A stretch of 64,000 nt of DNA, from the IMG/VR virus record IMGVR_UViG_3300027770_000032; one strand, given 5' to 3'. Of the stretch, positions 9,902-17,993 are shown one piece after another (the stretch's first letter is position 1; each line of letters starts with the position of its first letter). The translations under genes were made by a program, and so were the position numbers. This DNA is from a virus. Under the pieces are notes generated by a model. It searched no databases, was not told the DNA's origin, and was given only the letters and a program-made list of their open reading frames with translations.

Positions 9902-10876
9902 ATGGGTATTGAAATTAATGTTCCAATGGAAGAGCTCAGAAAGCGCAAGCTCTTTATTGCCGCGCCAATGTATGGCGGCCAATGCGCTGGTATGTTTACA
10001 CGATCAATCGCAGATCTCTCTGCACTTTGTACGCACTACGGAATTCAAGTCAGATTTTACTTCTTGTTTAACGAGTCATTGATCACTCGAGCGCGTAACT
10101 ACTGCGCAGACGAATTCATGCGTTCAGGTGATACTCACTTGATGTTCATCGACTCTGATATTGGATTCAATCCAAATGACGTGATCGCACTGCTTGCTCT
10201 ACAAAATCCAGATCCATCAGTAGATAACTATGATATCATCGCTGGTCCATATCCGAAGAAGTGCATCAGTTGGGAAAAGATTAAGCTTGCTGTCGATAAG
10301 GGTATGGCTGACGAGAATCCAAACGATCTCGAAAAGTTTGTTGGTGATTACGTCTTTAATCCAACTGGTGAAACACGAGAGATTGCTCTTGGACAACCAG
10401 TCGAAGTGCTTGAATCTGGAACTGGATTCATGATGATTCGGCGCCAAACTTTCGAGAAGTTTCAAGAAGCTTATCCTCAGCAGTTCTACAAACCTGATCA
10501 CGTTCGTACAGAACACTTCGACGGTAGCCGTGAAATCATGGCTTACTTCGATACGCCGATCGATCATAAGCGTACGAACATTAATGCCGAGCTTGAAGAA
10601 TACTTGAAAAAGAATCCAAAAGCAAAAGCAAAAGAGATTGTAGACTTTGTGAAAGATCCGAACAATGGTGTAATCAAAGAATATTCGAAACGTTACCTCT
10701 CCGAAGACTATATGTTCTGTCAGTGGGTTCGTAATGCTGGAATGCATGTATGGCTTTGCCCATGGATGGAACTGAAGCACGTTGGTTCGTATGTATTCGG
10801 TGGTTCTCTGCCAGATATTGCCCGTATCGGTGCAGCTGCAACTGCAGATCCTTCTGCACTCGGTAAAAACAAATAA
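9902..10876 (+). CDS. GT-A fold glycosyltransferase-like protein
   Basis: ESLITRARN, FIDSDI (DxD), GTGFMMI, LSEDYMFC, HVG. Confidence 0.75.
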   Translation: MGIEINVPMEELRKRKLFIAAPMYGGQCAGMFTRSIADLSALCTHYGIQVRFYFLFNESLITRARNYCADEFMRSGDTHLMFIDSDIGFNPNDVIALLALQNPDPSVDNYDIIAGPYPKKCISWEKIKLAVDKGMADENPNDLEKFVGDYVFNPTGETREIALGQPVEVLESGTGFMMIRRQTFEKFQEAYPQQFYKPDHVRTEHFDGSREIMAYFDTPIDHKRTNINAELEEYLKKNPKAKAKEIVDFVKDPNNGVIKEYSKRYLSEDYMFCQWVRNAGMHVWLCPWMELKHVGSYVFGGSLPDIARIGAAATADPSALGKNK

Positions 10877-10879
10877 TGG

Positions 10880-10908
10880 TGTACAATTAATACAATCGTT
10901 GGTATATT
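10880..10908 (+). promoter_or_regulatory. Early-type promoter TGTACA-N17-TATATT (gp45)
   Basis: Recurrent motif. Confidence 0.8.
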
Positions 10909-10936
10909 GAATATTCCGAACATATGGAGATTTATT

Positions 10937-11596
10937 ATGAAATTAGATAATGATACGTTGCAAGTACTCAAGAACTTCTCGGCTATTAACAAGAACATTA
11001 TGTTCAAGCCTGGAAATGTGATTCGTACTATTTCGAGTACAAAATCTGTTCTTGCAAAAGCAACAATTAAACAAGAATTTGACAAAGGTTTTGCCGTATA
11101 TGACCTCTCACGGTTTATTGGCACTCTTTCCTTGTTTAATGATCCTGAGATTGAAATCAAGGATTCGTACGTCGAACTCATCGAAGGTAACAACAAGTTT
11201 CAGTACGCTGTCACTGATCCTTCGCTGATCATCGTTCCTCCTGATCGTGAGATTGAATTGCCAAATCCAGAAGTCAATTGCTTGATTTCTGAAGAAGCGC
11301 TTAATCGAGTGATGAAGGCGTTGGCAGTTTCTCAGTTGCCTGAGATTGCCATCGTCGGTAAGAACGGTAAGATCTTGCTTCAGGCTGTCGATACTCGTGG
11401 CACTAGCAACGACTCGTTTAGCATCGAAGTTGGTGAAACTGAAGCTCGCTTTCGCATGGTATTCCGTTCGGATTGCATGAAGTTGATTCCAGGTTCTTAT
11501 GACGTTTCGATCTCTTCCAAGGGCCTTAGCCATTGGAAGGGCGCAACAGTAGAATACTGGATCGCTGTTGAATCCAACTCGGCGTTCGAGGCTTGA
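10937..11596 (+). CDS. gp45: Sliding clamp
   Basis: LKNFSAIN, FAVYDLSRF, YWIAVE; synteny with gp44/gp62. Confidence 0.95.
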   Translation: MKLDNDTLQVLKNFSAINKNIMFKPGNVIRTISSTKSVLAKATIKQEFDKGFAVYDLSRFIGTLSLFNDPEIEIKDSYVELIEGNNKFQYAVTDPSLIIVPPDREIELPNPEVNCLISEEALNRVMKALAVSQLPEIAIVGKNGKILLQAVDTRGTSNDSFSIEVGETEARFRMVFRSDCMKLIPGSYDVSISSKGLSHWKGATVEYWIAVESNSAFEA

Positions 11597-11603
11597 TTAT
11601 TAT

Positions 11604-11632
11604 GGGTGGTGTTTCGGCATCACCCGCTTTTT
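11604..11632 (+). terminator. Intrinsic terminator/attenuator with UUCG loop
   Basis: GGGTGGTGT-TTCG-GCATCACCC then T tract. Confidence 0.75.
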
Positions 11633-11648
11633 GTGACGGAGATATATT

Positions 11649-12584
11649 ATGCTTGAAGATTTTTTGTGGGTAGAGAAGTATCGCCCAAAGACCGTGTCCG
11701 ACACTATCCTGACTGACGAACTGAAGAAAACATTTCAACAGTTCGTAGATCAGAAAAACATTCCTAACCTCATTCTCTCTGGTACCGCAGGTGTTGGCAA
11801 GACGACTGTGGCAAAAGCCATGTGCGAAGAACTACAATGTGACTATATCGTTATCAACGGTTCGATGAATGGCAACATCGATATGCTACGTAACGACATC
11901 TCACAGTTTGCTAGCTCTGTGTCGCTCATGGGTGGCAGAAAGATGGTGATCCTCGACGAAGCCGACTATCTCAATCCTCAGTCGACTCAACCAGCTCTTC
12001 GTAACTTTATGGAAGAGTTCAGTGCCAATTGTGGATTTATTCTCACTTGTAACTTTGTTGATCGTATCATCGAGCCTCTTCATTCTCGTTGTTCTGTGAT
12101 CAAGTTCAAGATTCCAAAGTCAGAACTGCCAGCTCTTGCAAAACAATTTATGCAACGAGTGTGCGGCATTCTTGACATTGAAGGTGTAGAATACGAGAAG
12201 CCAGTTGTGGCTGAAGTGATCAAGTCTCACTTTCCTGATTGGCGCCGAGTGATCAATGAGTTGCAGCGTTACAGTGCGACTGGTAAGATCGATACCGGTA
12301 TCCTACGTAACTTCTCTGACAATGCACTCGCCAAACTCATTGGTTACATGAAGGATAAGAACTTCACAGCCGTTCGTAAGTGGCTTGGAGAGTCTGACAT
12401 TGAACCGACCGAGTTCTTCCGTGCCTTCTTCGATAAGGCCGAGGATTATATCGGCAAAGGTAGTATGCCTCAACTCGTACTCCATCTCGCAAAGTATCAG
12501 TATCAGAATGCATTCGCTGCTGATCCTGAGATCAATCTCATGGCATGTCTCACAGAAATTATGGCCGACTGCGAATTCTTGTGA
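11649..12584 (+). CDS. gp44: Clamp loader large subunit
   Basis: LWVEKYRP, GTAGVGKTT, DEAD, SRC. Confidence 0.97.
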   Translation: MLEDFLWVEKYRPKTVSDTILTDELKKTFQQFVDQKNIPNLILSGTAGVGKTTVAKAMCEELQCDYIVINGSMNGNIDMLRNDISQFASSVSLMGGRKMVILDEADYLNPQSTQPALRNFMEEFSANCGFILTCNFVDRIIEPLHSRCSVIKFKIPKSELPALAKQFMQRVCGILDIEGVEYEKPVVAEVIKSHFPDWRRVINELQRYSATGKIDTGILRNFSDNALAKLIGYMKDKNFTAVRKWLGESDIEPTEFFRAFFDKAEDYIGKGSMPQLVLHLAKYQYQNAFAADPEINLMACLTEIMADCEFL

Positions 12585-12829
12585 TCTGGTTCAATCGAAA
12601 TAAAACATGCGCCGTGTGTGAAGATAAGTATCTGAAGAGCGTGCCATTTCATGAAATACAAATGAATACTGATGAAGGCATGGTCTCTCTTGAAATATGT
12701 GATAAGTGCGCAGACTTCTTTGATAAGTCTGCAGACGTGATAATGAAAGGCCGATCAAATGACACCCTTCGACTTCGTGAAATCGATCAACTCGACCAAG
12801 AAGAACCTGATGAAAGGTACGGAGAATGA
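12581..12829 (+). CDS. Small CxxC-CxxC hypothetical protein
   Basis: GTG overlapping gp44 stop; CAVC and CDKC. Confidence 0.5.
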   Translation: MIWFNRNKTCAVCEDKYLKSVPFHEIQMNTDEGMVSLEICDKCADFFDKSADVIMKGRSNDTLRLREIDQLDQEEPDERYGE

Positions 12830-13145
12830 TGCTCTCGCCGAGAAGACATACAGTCCTTGGCTAACAAATAGATCCTTATCTTACTTTGCCGATTCCATTC
12901 ATGCCGCCAACATGATGAACTGCAACCACAACCTCGATAACAAACTCCAATATTCTTTTTTGATAAATATCATACGACCTAGCAAACGCTTTGCGAAGTG
13001 GGTGAAAAAAGAAAAGGATGGAGATCTCGAAGCGGTTGCAGAGTACTACAATTATAACCGCCGTGCTGCCAAGGCAGCTCTTGATATCCTCTCCTCTGAA
13101 CATATAAAAATAATAAAGAAAAAGATTCAGAAGGGTGAAACATGA
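12759..13145 (+). CDS. gp62: Clamp loader small subunit
   Basis: YSPWLTNRSLS, LQYSFLIN, KRFAKW; synteny. Confidence 0.93.
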   Translation: MTPFDFVKSINSTKKNLMKGTENDALAEKTYSPWLTNRSLSYFADSIHAANMMNCNHNLDNKLQYSFLINIIRPSKRFAKWVKKEKDGDLEAVAEYYNYNRRAAKAALDILSSEHIKIIKKKIQKGET

Positions 13146-13537
13146 ATATTTTAGAAACTTTAGTTGAAGTGAGGCTTGGAGAAGAAGACGATTTCTTGAA
13201 AGTTCGCGAGACTTTGACTCGTATCGGCGTAGCTTCTCGTAAGGACAAGACTCTTTATCAGTCTTGCCATATCTTACACAAACAAGGCAAATATTATATC
13301 GTCCACTTCAAAGAGTTGTTTGCACTCGATGGTAAACCATCAGACTTTTCAGAAGAAGACAAAGGTCGCAGAAATACAATTACCAAGCTTCTCTCCGATT
13401 GGGGATTGATCGCGATTGTTGATCCAGATAATATCATTGATCCTCAGACTCCTTTGAACCAAATTAAGATCCTTCCATTCAAAGAAAAAAATGAATGGAG
13501 TCTCGTGACGAAATATAATATCGGTCGCAAAAAATAA
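13142..13537 (+). CDS. regA: Translational repressor RegA
   Basis: DDFLKVRETLTRIG, LYQSCHILHKQGKYYIVHFKELF. Confidence 0.97.
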   Translation: MNILETLVEVRLGEEDDFLKVRETLTRIGVASRKDKTLYQSCHILHKQGKYYIVHFKELFALDGKPSDFSEEDKGRRNTITKLLSDWGLIAIVDPDNIIDPQTPLNQIKILPFKEKNEWSLVTKYNIGRKK

Positions 13538-13559
13538 GTTATTGATTTAAATTGAAATT

Positions 13560-13594
13560 AAAACGCGCTTGGATGATTCTGAGTGCGTTTTTTT
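13560..13594 (+). terminator. Terminator hairpin fused to an early promoter (copy 1)
   Basis: AAAACGCGCTTGGA...TCTGAGTGCGTTTTTT; similar to 17551..17587. Confidence 0.75.
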
Positions 13595-13595
13595 G

Positions 13596-13624
13596 TGTAC
13601 ATTATTGTCAAAACGTTGTATCCT
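13596..13624 (+). promoter_or_regulatory. Early-type promoter TGTACA-N17-TATCCT
   Basis: Recurrent motif after terminator. Confidence 0.75.
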
Positions 13625-13654
13625 GGGTATATGATGATGAAAAGGAAAAATACT

Positions 13655-14047
13655 ATGCTTACTCTTCGTGATATTAACACTGCAACCAACAGCCGTGATG
13701 GCGATATCTACTCTGACCTGTACAAGGACGTATACGGTAGTCGTCCTCGTCACGCCGAGTTCGCGTCGATCGAAGAGTTCGATACCGACTTCGAAGCTCT
13801 TTCGCACATGCTTGATAAGCAGATCGAGAGCGAAGCTGAGTATCAACAGATCTACTTCGACAAGTTTGTTGCTCGAGTTGAAGAGACGATGCAAATCGTT
13901 CAGGGTACAACTCGTGAACGTGCGATCGAGATCATCGCCGAAGCCGAAGGTATTCGCGCGGCGGAGTTCGAATTCTATGGTCTCGAGATTCTTGAGCATG
14001 AACTCAACCTCAAGTACGGTTCAATCGCTCGATGGTTATCAGAGTAA
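13655..14047 (+). CDS. Early hypothetical protein
   Basis: YSDLYKDVYGSRPR motif typical of phage early proteins; promoter and SD upstream. Confidence 0.75.
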   Translation: MLTLRDINTATNSRDGDIYSDLYKDVYGSRPRHAEFASIEEFDTDFEALSHMLDKQIESEAEYQQIYFDKFVARVEETMQIVQGTTRERAIEIIAEAEGIRAAEFEFYGLEILEHELNLKYGSIARWLSE

Positions 14048-14055
14048 AATACCGG

Positions 14056-14084
14056 TGTACAATAATGCCAAACTATGGTAGAAT
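14056..14084 (+). promoter_or_regulatory. Early-type promoter TGTACA-N17-TAGAAT
   Basis: Recurrent motif. Confidence 0.8.
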
Positions 14085-14112
14085 GATATTATCAGTTGAA
14101 AAGGAATATATT

Positions 14113-14418
14113 ATGACTCTTACCATTAAACAAATCGAATCGAATTACGCCGTCCCTGCCGACGCGACTCGTCAAAATTATTATCCTGTCCGCGCTTATT
14201 GGATTCCAATCGAACTTCGCGAACAAGTTTTGGCCGCTTACCGCGAAACCAATACTCGTGTCCGTCTTCGCTATCGTGGCCCTCGCGCCGTTTCAATCGG
14301 CCGCGAAATGACTCGTCCCGATAAAACCACTTATCTTCGTTCGCGCCACCGTGCGATGCAAGATTGTTTGATTGCCGACGCAACTCATTTCACTGTTTAC
14401 GACTATACTTCGCGATAA
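14113..14418 (+). CDS. Early hypothetical protein
   Basis: Promoter and AAGGA SD upstream. Confidence 0.7.
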   Translation: MTLTIKQIESNYAVPADATRQNYYPVRAYWIPIELREQVLAAYRETNTRVRLRYRGPRAVSIGREMTRPDKTTYLRSRHRAMQDCLIADATHFTVYDYTSR

Positions 14419-14448
14419 GTTGAATATATATTATTAGGAGATTATTTT

Positions 14449-14610
14449 ATGAACGTCGAACTTTTTGCATTTCCAACAATGGAAAATCCGAAGGCCGTCG
14501 AAGATACATTTTGCGATCTTCTGAACGCAAAGCGTCGTGGAGAATCGATTCCTGTTGAAGCACTCGATTGGATGGACACCGCGAATAACTGGTTATTGGA
14601 GTCGAAGTAA
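14449..14610 (+). CDS. Small hypothetical protein
   Basis: AGGAG SD, MNVELFAFP..., coupled to next ORF. Confidence 0.55.
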   Translation: MNVELFAFPTMENPKAVEDTFCDLLNAKRRGESIPVEALDWMDTANNWLLESK

Positions 14611-14783
14611 TGCCGAATGAAAATAAAGGTGGAACGTTTGCGCCAGCAGATATGGATTTACTAAAGCGCGCCCTCCGTCATTATAAAGATATGCTCGTAA
14701 GTACTGAAGAGAGCGAGCGAAATGCGTCTCCCGAACTCATGAAGGTAGCTAATCTTCTTCATCGAATAGGTCGTATCGTCTAA
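14610..14783 (+). CDS. Small hypothetical protein
   Basis: TAATG coupling; MPNENKGGTF... Confidence 0.5.
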   Translation: MPNENKGGTFAPADMDLLKRALRHYKDMLVSTEESERNASPELMKVANLLHRIGRIV

Positions 14784-14791
14784 CAGTTAGA

Positions 14792-14869
14792 GGTCCCGTA
14801 GCTCAGCTGGATTAGAGCACGAGCCTTCTAAGCTTGGGGCCGCAGGTTCGAATCCTGCCGGGATCACCA
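14792..14869 (+). tRNA. tRNA-Arg(UCU)
   Basis: Acceptor GGTCCCG/CGGGATC, anticodon arm CGAGC-CTTCTAA-GCTTG, GTTCGAATC, encoded CCA. Confidence 0.95.
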
Positions 14870-14877
14870 CTTTTTAG

Positions 14878-14906
14878 TGTACATTAATTCTTTTTTGGTT
14901 TAAGAT
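14878..14906 (+). promoter_or_regulatory. Early-type promoter TGTACA-N17-TAAGAT
   Basis: Recurrent motif. Confidence 0.8.
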
Positions 14907-14932
14907 GGATCTATAATCAGAAAGGAAACGAA

Positions 14933-15091
14933 ATGCTCAACTATACTCTCACCATTCGCAACGCTAAAACCAATAAGGTTCTTCGTAAGATTGAGTATAA
15001 GAACCACAGCGGTCATGCTATGATGGATGAGTGCTTCTACTGGAGGCAGCATTATCGGAACAAGGGCATCGAGATTATCAACGAATGGTAA
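14933..15091 (+). CDS. Small early hypothetical protein
   Basis: Promoter and AAGGA SD; MLNYTLTIRNAK... Confidence 0.55.
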   Translation: MLNYTLTIRNAKTNKVLRKIEYKNHSGHAMMDECFYWRQHYRNKGIEIINEW

Positions 15092-15109
15092 TCAATTGTT
15101 AAAGTTTAC

Positions 15110-15185
15110 GGACACTTAGCTCAGTAGGTAGAGCACCGGGCTTTTAACCTGTAGGTCCTGGGTTCGAACCCCAGAGCGTCCACCA
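15110..15185 (+). tRNA. tRNA-Lys(UUU) with stem mismatches
   Basis: TAGCTCAG...CTTTTAA...GTTCGAAC, CCA; one A-C in acceptor stem, C-U at top of anticodon stem. Confidence 0.85.
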
Positions 15186-15200
15186 TTTAAAGGATAGTAT

Positions 15201-15746
15201 ATGCCTTGGTCAATCGGAGTGTTTAATAACACACTAGAAAACCATATTAGTAAGATTGCGCCGAACTATATCTTAGATGTAGGATGTGGTTCTGGTTCAT
15301 ATAGTGATATGTTCAAGCGAGCAGCTCCTCGTGCTGTACTCGAAGCAGTTGAGCCTACTGAAAAGTACTGGTCAGCATACAAATTACAAGATAAATATCA
15401 TATTCTTCATAAGATGGAGATTCAAGAGTTTACTAAACAAGATAATAAAATTTATGATTTGATTACTTGTTTCGATGTGCTCGAACATCTTTATCTGAGT
15501 GAAGCTATTGATACTTTAGAGTGTTTGACATATTGTTCTCGTAATATTATTATTGCATGGCCTACAAATGTTAATCAAGGAAACCATGAAGGTAATCCTT
15601 ATGAGAAGCATAAATCTAATATGACGTTATCAGATCTTACACGATTTGATATTACGTATTATCAGAAGACACCGTTAGAGCAAAATGCAATGTATCATTA
15701 TGCACATATTAAAGGTTTACACGGTGAATATACTTCTCTAATTTAG
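15201..15746 (+). CDS. Class I SAM-dependent methyltransferase
   Basis: ILDVGCGSG, YDLITCFDVLEHL. Confidence 0.85.
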   Translation: MPWSIGVFNNTLENHISKIAPNYILDVGCGSGSYSDMFKRAAPRAVLEAVEPTEKYWSAYKLQDKYHILHKMEIQEFTKQDNKIYDLITCFDVLEHLYLSEAIDTLECLTYCSRNIIIAWPTNVNQGNHEGNPYEKHKSNMTLSDLTRFDITYYQKTPLEQNAMYHYAHIKGLHGEYTSLI

Positions 15747-15752
15747 TTTAAT

Positions 15753-15828
15753 GCCCTTATAGCTCAGTTGGTAGAGCGACGCACTTGTAATGCGTAGGTC
15801 CGGCGTTCAAGTCGTCGTGGGGGCACCA
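15753..15828 (+). tRNA. tRNA-Thr(UGU)
   Basis: Anticodon arm ACGCA-CTTGTAA-TGCGT, GTTCAAGTC, CCA. Confidence 0.95.
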
Positions 15829-15856
15829 TTTATTTTTCATTGTATACGTTATTTAG

Positions 15857-15885
15857 TGTACAAATTATGCATTATGTTGTAGATT
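15857..15885 (+). promoter_or_regulatory. Early-type promoter TGTACA-N17-TAGATT
   Basis: Recurrent motif. Confidence 0.75.
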
Positions 15886-15909
15886 GAATAATAAGAAATG
15901 GAGATTATA

Positions 15910-16161
15910 ATGACTAATTCTGATTACTTGACGATGGCTGAAACTCGTTTCTCATCGGTTCAACGCTACTTTCCTAATTCTTCTGAGTTTAATCGGCTGT
16001 TTAATATCGTTCTTGATATGACAAATAAGATGACTGACGAAGAACGTCAAGCTCATAAGGAAAAATCCATGGAAACACCTGCCACGAAAGCTGCACGCTT
16101 GAAAGAAGAGCAAAGGATTATGCGGCAGATGGAAATGAACAAAGACAGCAACAGCATATAA
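15910..16161 (+). CDS. Hypothetical protein
   Basis: Promoter and GGAG SD upstream. Confidence 0.6.
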   Translation: MTNSDYLTMAETRFSSVQRYFPNSSEFNRLFNIVLDMTNKMTDEERQAHKEKSMETPATKAARLKEEQRIMRQMEMNKDSNSI

Positions 16162-16164
16162 ATA
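16157..16164 (+). promoter_or_regulatory. T4-type late promoter TATAAATA
   Basis: Exact gp55 consensus before SD. Confidence 0.7.
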
Positions 16165-16175
16165 AGGAATATAAT

Positions 16176-16367
16176 ATGATTAAGAAAGTTGAAATGCATG
16201 TCAGTGAACACACTCTCGACGAAGATGGTGGTCCTGGTGCACAGTCGATTGATATCAATCTTTATGTTCAAGCACTCGGGGCAACTCCTGCCGAGAAGGC
16301 AGCGATTCGCACTATTATGAATTCGGCTCAGTTGTATATCAATACAGAATTAAAGAATTTAAAATAA
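16176..16367 (+). CDS. Small late hypothetical protein
   Basis: TATAAATA and AAGGA upstream. Confidence 0.6.
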   Translation: MIKKVEMHVSEHTLDEDGGPGAQSIDINLYVQALGATPAEKAAIRTIMNSAQLYINTELKNLK

Positions 16368-16374
16368 AGTTTAT

Positions 16375-16449
16375 TCCCCGATAGCTCAGTGGTAGAGCAG
16401 GTGACTGTTAATCACCTGGCCGGTGGTTCGAACCCATCTCGGGGAGCCA
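16375..16449 (+). tRNA. tRNA-Asn(GUU)
   Basis: TCCCCGA/TCGGGGA acceptor, GGTGA-CTGTTAA-TCACC, CCA. Confidence 0.95.
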
Positions 16450-16450
16450 A

Positions 16451-16600
16451 TTCGAGTGGGAGATGATGGAGATGCATCTCTTGATTTAAGGCACACTATG
16501 AGGGTCACTAACGACTAGAACCCGAACTGCTGAACCACCGAAGAAGCGACAAATCTAGGGAGTGGTACTCCTGCCCAACCAGCAATAGGTTTGTCGCTTC
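16451..16600 (+). ncRNA. Candidate structured RNA downstream of tRNA-Asn
   Basis: 15-bp stem 16543-16557/16586-16600 enclosing hairpins; further hairpins 16451-16526; no convincing ORF. Confidence 0.45.
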
Positions 16601-16621
16601 ACATTATTCATGGAGATAGTT

Positions 16622-16771
16622 ATGTGGCGTATTTGGGCAAAAGCTTTAGGTGAAAAAGCAAGTCCTTGTGATCGCGAGTCTGATAGAGTCGCTTTGATCC
16701 GAACTCTCTTCATCGTACAAGCCGTCATAGCAAACATCTTTTTGATTGCAAATGCAATTCATCATTGGTAG
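16622..16771 (+). CDS. Small membrane protein
   Basis: GGAG SD; MWRIWAKALGEK...hydrophobic C-terminus. Confidence 0.6.
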   Translation: MWRIWAKALGEKASPCDRESDRVALIRTLFIVQAVIANIFLIANAIHHW

Positions 16772-16780
16772 GAGTAAATT

Positions 16781-17368
16781 ATGGTACAACGTATTAAGAT
16801 TAAAAGGTTTTGGGATATTGATGAGAATGTAGGTGATGAACTGAAAACTCTTGTTCCAAGTGTAACTTTTAAAACTCGTGTTAGAGATGACTTGATTGGC
16901 GGTGACAATCCATATCGCTGGGAAGATGTCACCACGTGGGATCTGTTCGCAGGTAAACGCGTGGTTCTTTTCTCCCTTCCTGGTGCATTCACTCCAACGT
17001 GTTCGACATATCAACTTCCTGGTTTCGAAGAGAAGTTTGCTGAATTCAAGGCTCTCGGAATTAAGGACATCTATTGTGTTTCGGTCAACGATGCGTTTGT
17101 GATGAATGCATGGGCGAAAGCACAGAAGGTGAAGAAAGTCAAGGTAATTCCTGACGGTTCAGGTAAGTTCACTCGTAAGATGGGTATGCTAGTTCATAAG
17201 GATAATCTCGGTTTTGGTGAACGCTCATGGCGTTACGCATGTGTCGTTAATAACGGTAAGATCGAGAAGTGGTTCATCGAACCAGGCGCAGAAGATAATT
17301 GCCCAGTCGATCCTTATGGTGAAACTGCTCCAGAAAACATCTTAAACTGGTTAAAAGAAAATGGATAA
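16781..17368 (+). CDS. Peroxiredoxin (Prx5-like redoxin)
   Basis: FSLPGAFTPTCS, VSVNDAFVMNAW, GFGERSWRY. Confidence 0.95.
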   Translation: MVQRIKIKRFWDIDENVGDELKTLVPSVTFKTRVRDDLIGGDNPYRWEDVTTWDLFAGKRVVLFSLPGAFTPTCSTYQLPGFEEKFAEFKALGIKDIYCVSVNDAFVMNAWAKAQKVKKVKVIPDGSGKFTRKMGMLVHKDNLGFGERSWRYACVVNNGKIEKWFIEPGAEDNCPVDPYGETAPENILNWLKENG

Positions 17369-17550
17369 TAAGAAAGTCGTTGCTGGAGTTGCAGGAATAG
17401 CAGTCGTAGGAATCCTTTCCTATTTTGGCTATCGTCTTGTCAAGGAACTGAACGAACTTGATGTCGATTTCTTCGGAGAGAATATCGAAGACTCTTATTA
17501 TCAAAAGTATCCTCAGAAAAACAACGATACATAACTCATAATCTTTTTAA

Positions 17551-17587
17551 AAAAAACGCATTCGGACTTGCTCTGAGTGCGTTTTTT
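17551..17587 (+). terminator. Terminator hairpin fused to an early promoter (copy 2)
   Basis: AAAAAACGCATTCGGA...TCTGAGTGCGTTTTTT. Confidence 0.75.
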
Positions 17588-17589
17588 GG

Positions 17590-17618
17590 TGTACATTATT
17601 ATCAAAACAGTGTAAGGT
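17590..17618 (+). promoter_or_regulatory. Early-type promoter TGTACA-N17-TAAGGT
   Basis: Recurrent motif after terminator. Confidence 0.75.
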
Positions 17619-17646
17619 GGAACTATAATAAAGAAGGAAGAAAAAA

Positions 17647-17991
17647 ATGATTAAGGTTTATCAGATTCAGCTTACCGATGCAGAGATCAACATGATCAAT
17701 ACCGGCGAAACAAGCGCACGTATCAAGGCTTACTTCGATCGTAGCTTCGAAGGTAAATTTAAAGCTGAAAACTTCCAGTACTACACGCATGTCGCTAACG
17801 TTGATACCAACGACATGGAAAATGCCTTTGAAGCAATGAATCTCTGGGAAGAAAGCATATACTTCGAGGATATTTTTAAGCTCGGCCCTTGCTCTTCGAT
17901 GTCAGTTGGTGATATTCTTGACGTTGACGGTAAACTTTATCGCTGCGCTTCGGCAGGCTTCACACTTCTTGAAAATTATCAAAAGGATTAA
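17647..17991 (+). CDS. Early hypothetical protein (YodL-like SMSVGD motif)
   Basis: SMSVGDIL; promoter and SD upstream. Confidence 0.65.
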   Translation: MIKVYQIQLTDAEINMINTGETSARIKAYFDRSFEGKFKAENFQYYTHVANVDTNDMENAFEAMNLWEESIYFEDIFKLGPCSSMSVGDILDVDGKLYRCASAGFTLLENYQKD

Positions 17992-17993
17992 TT

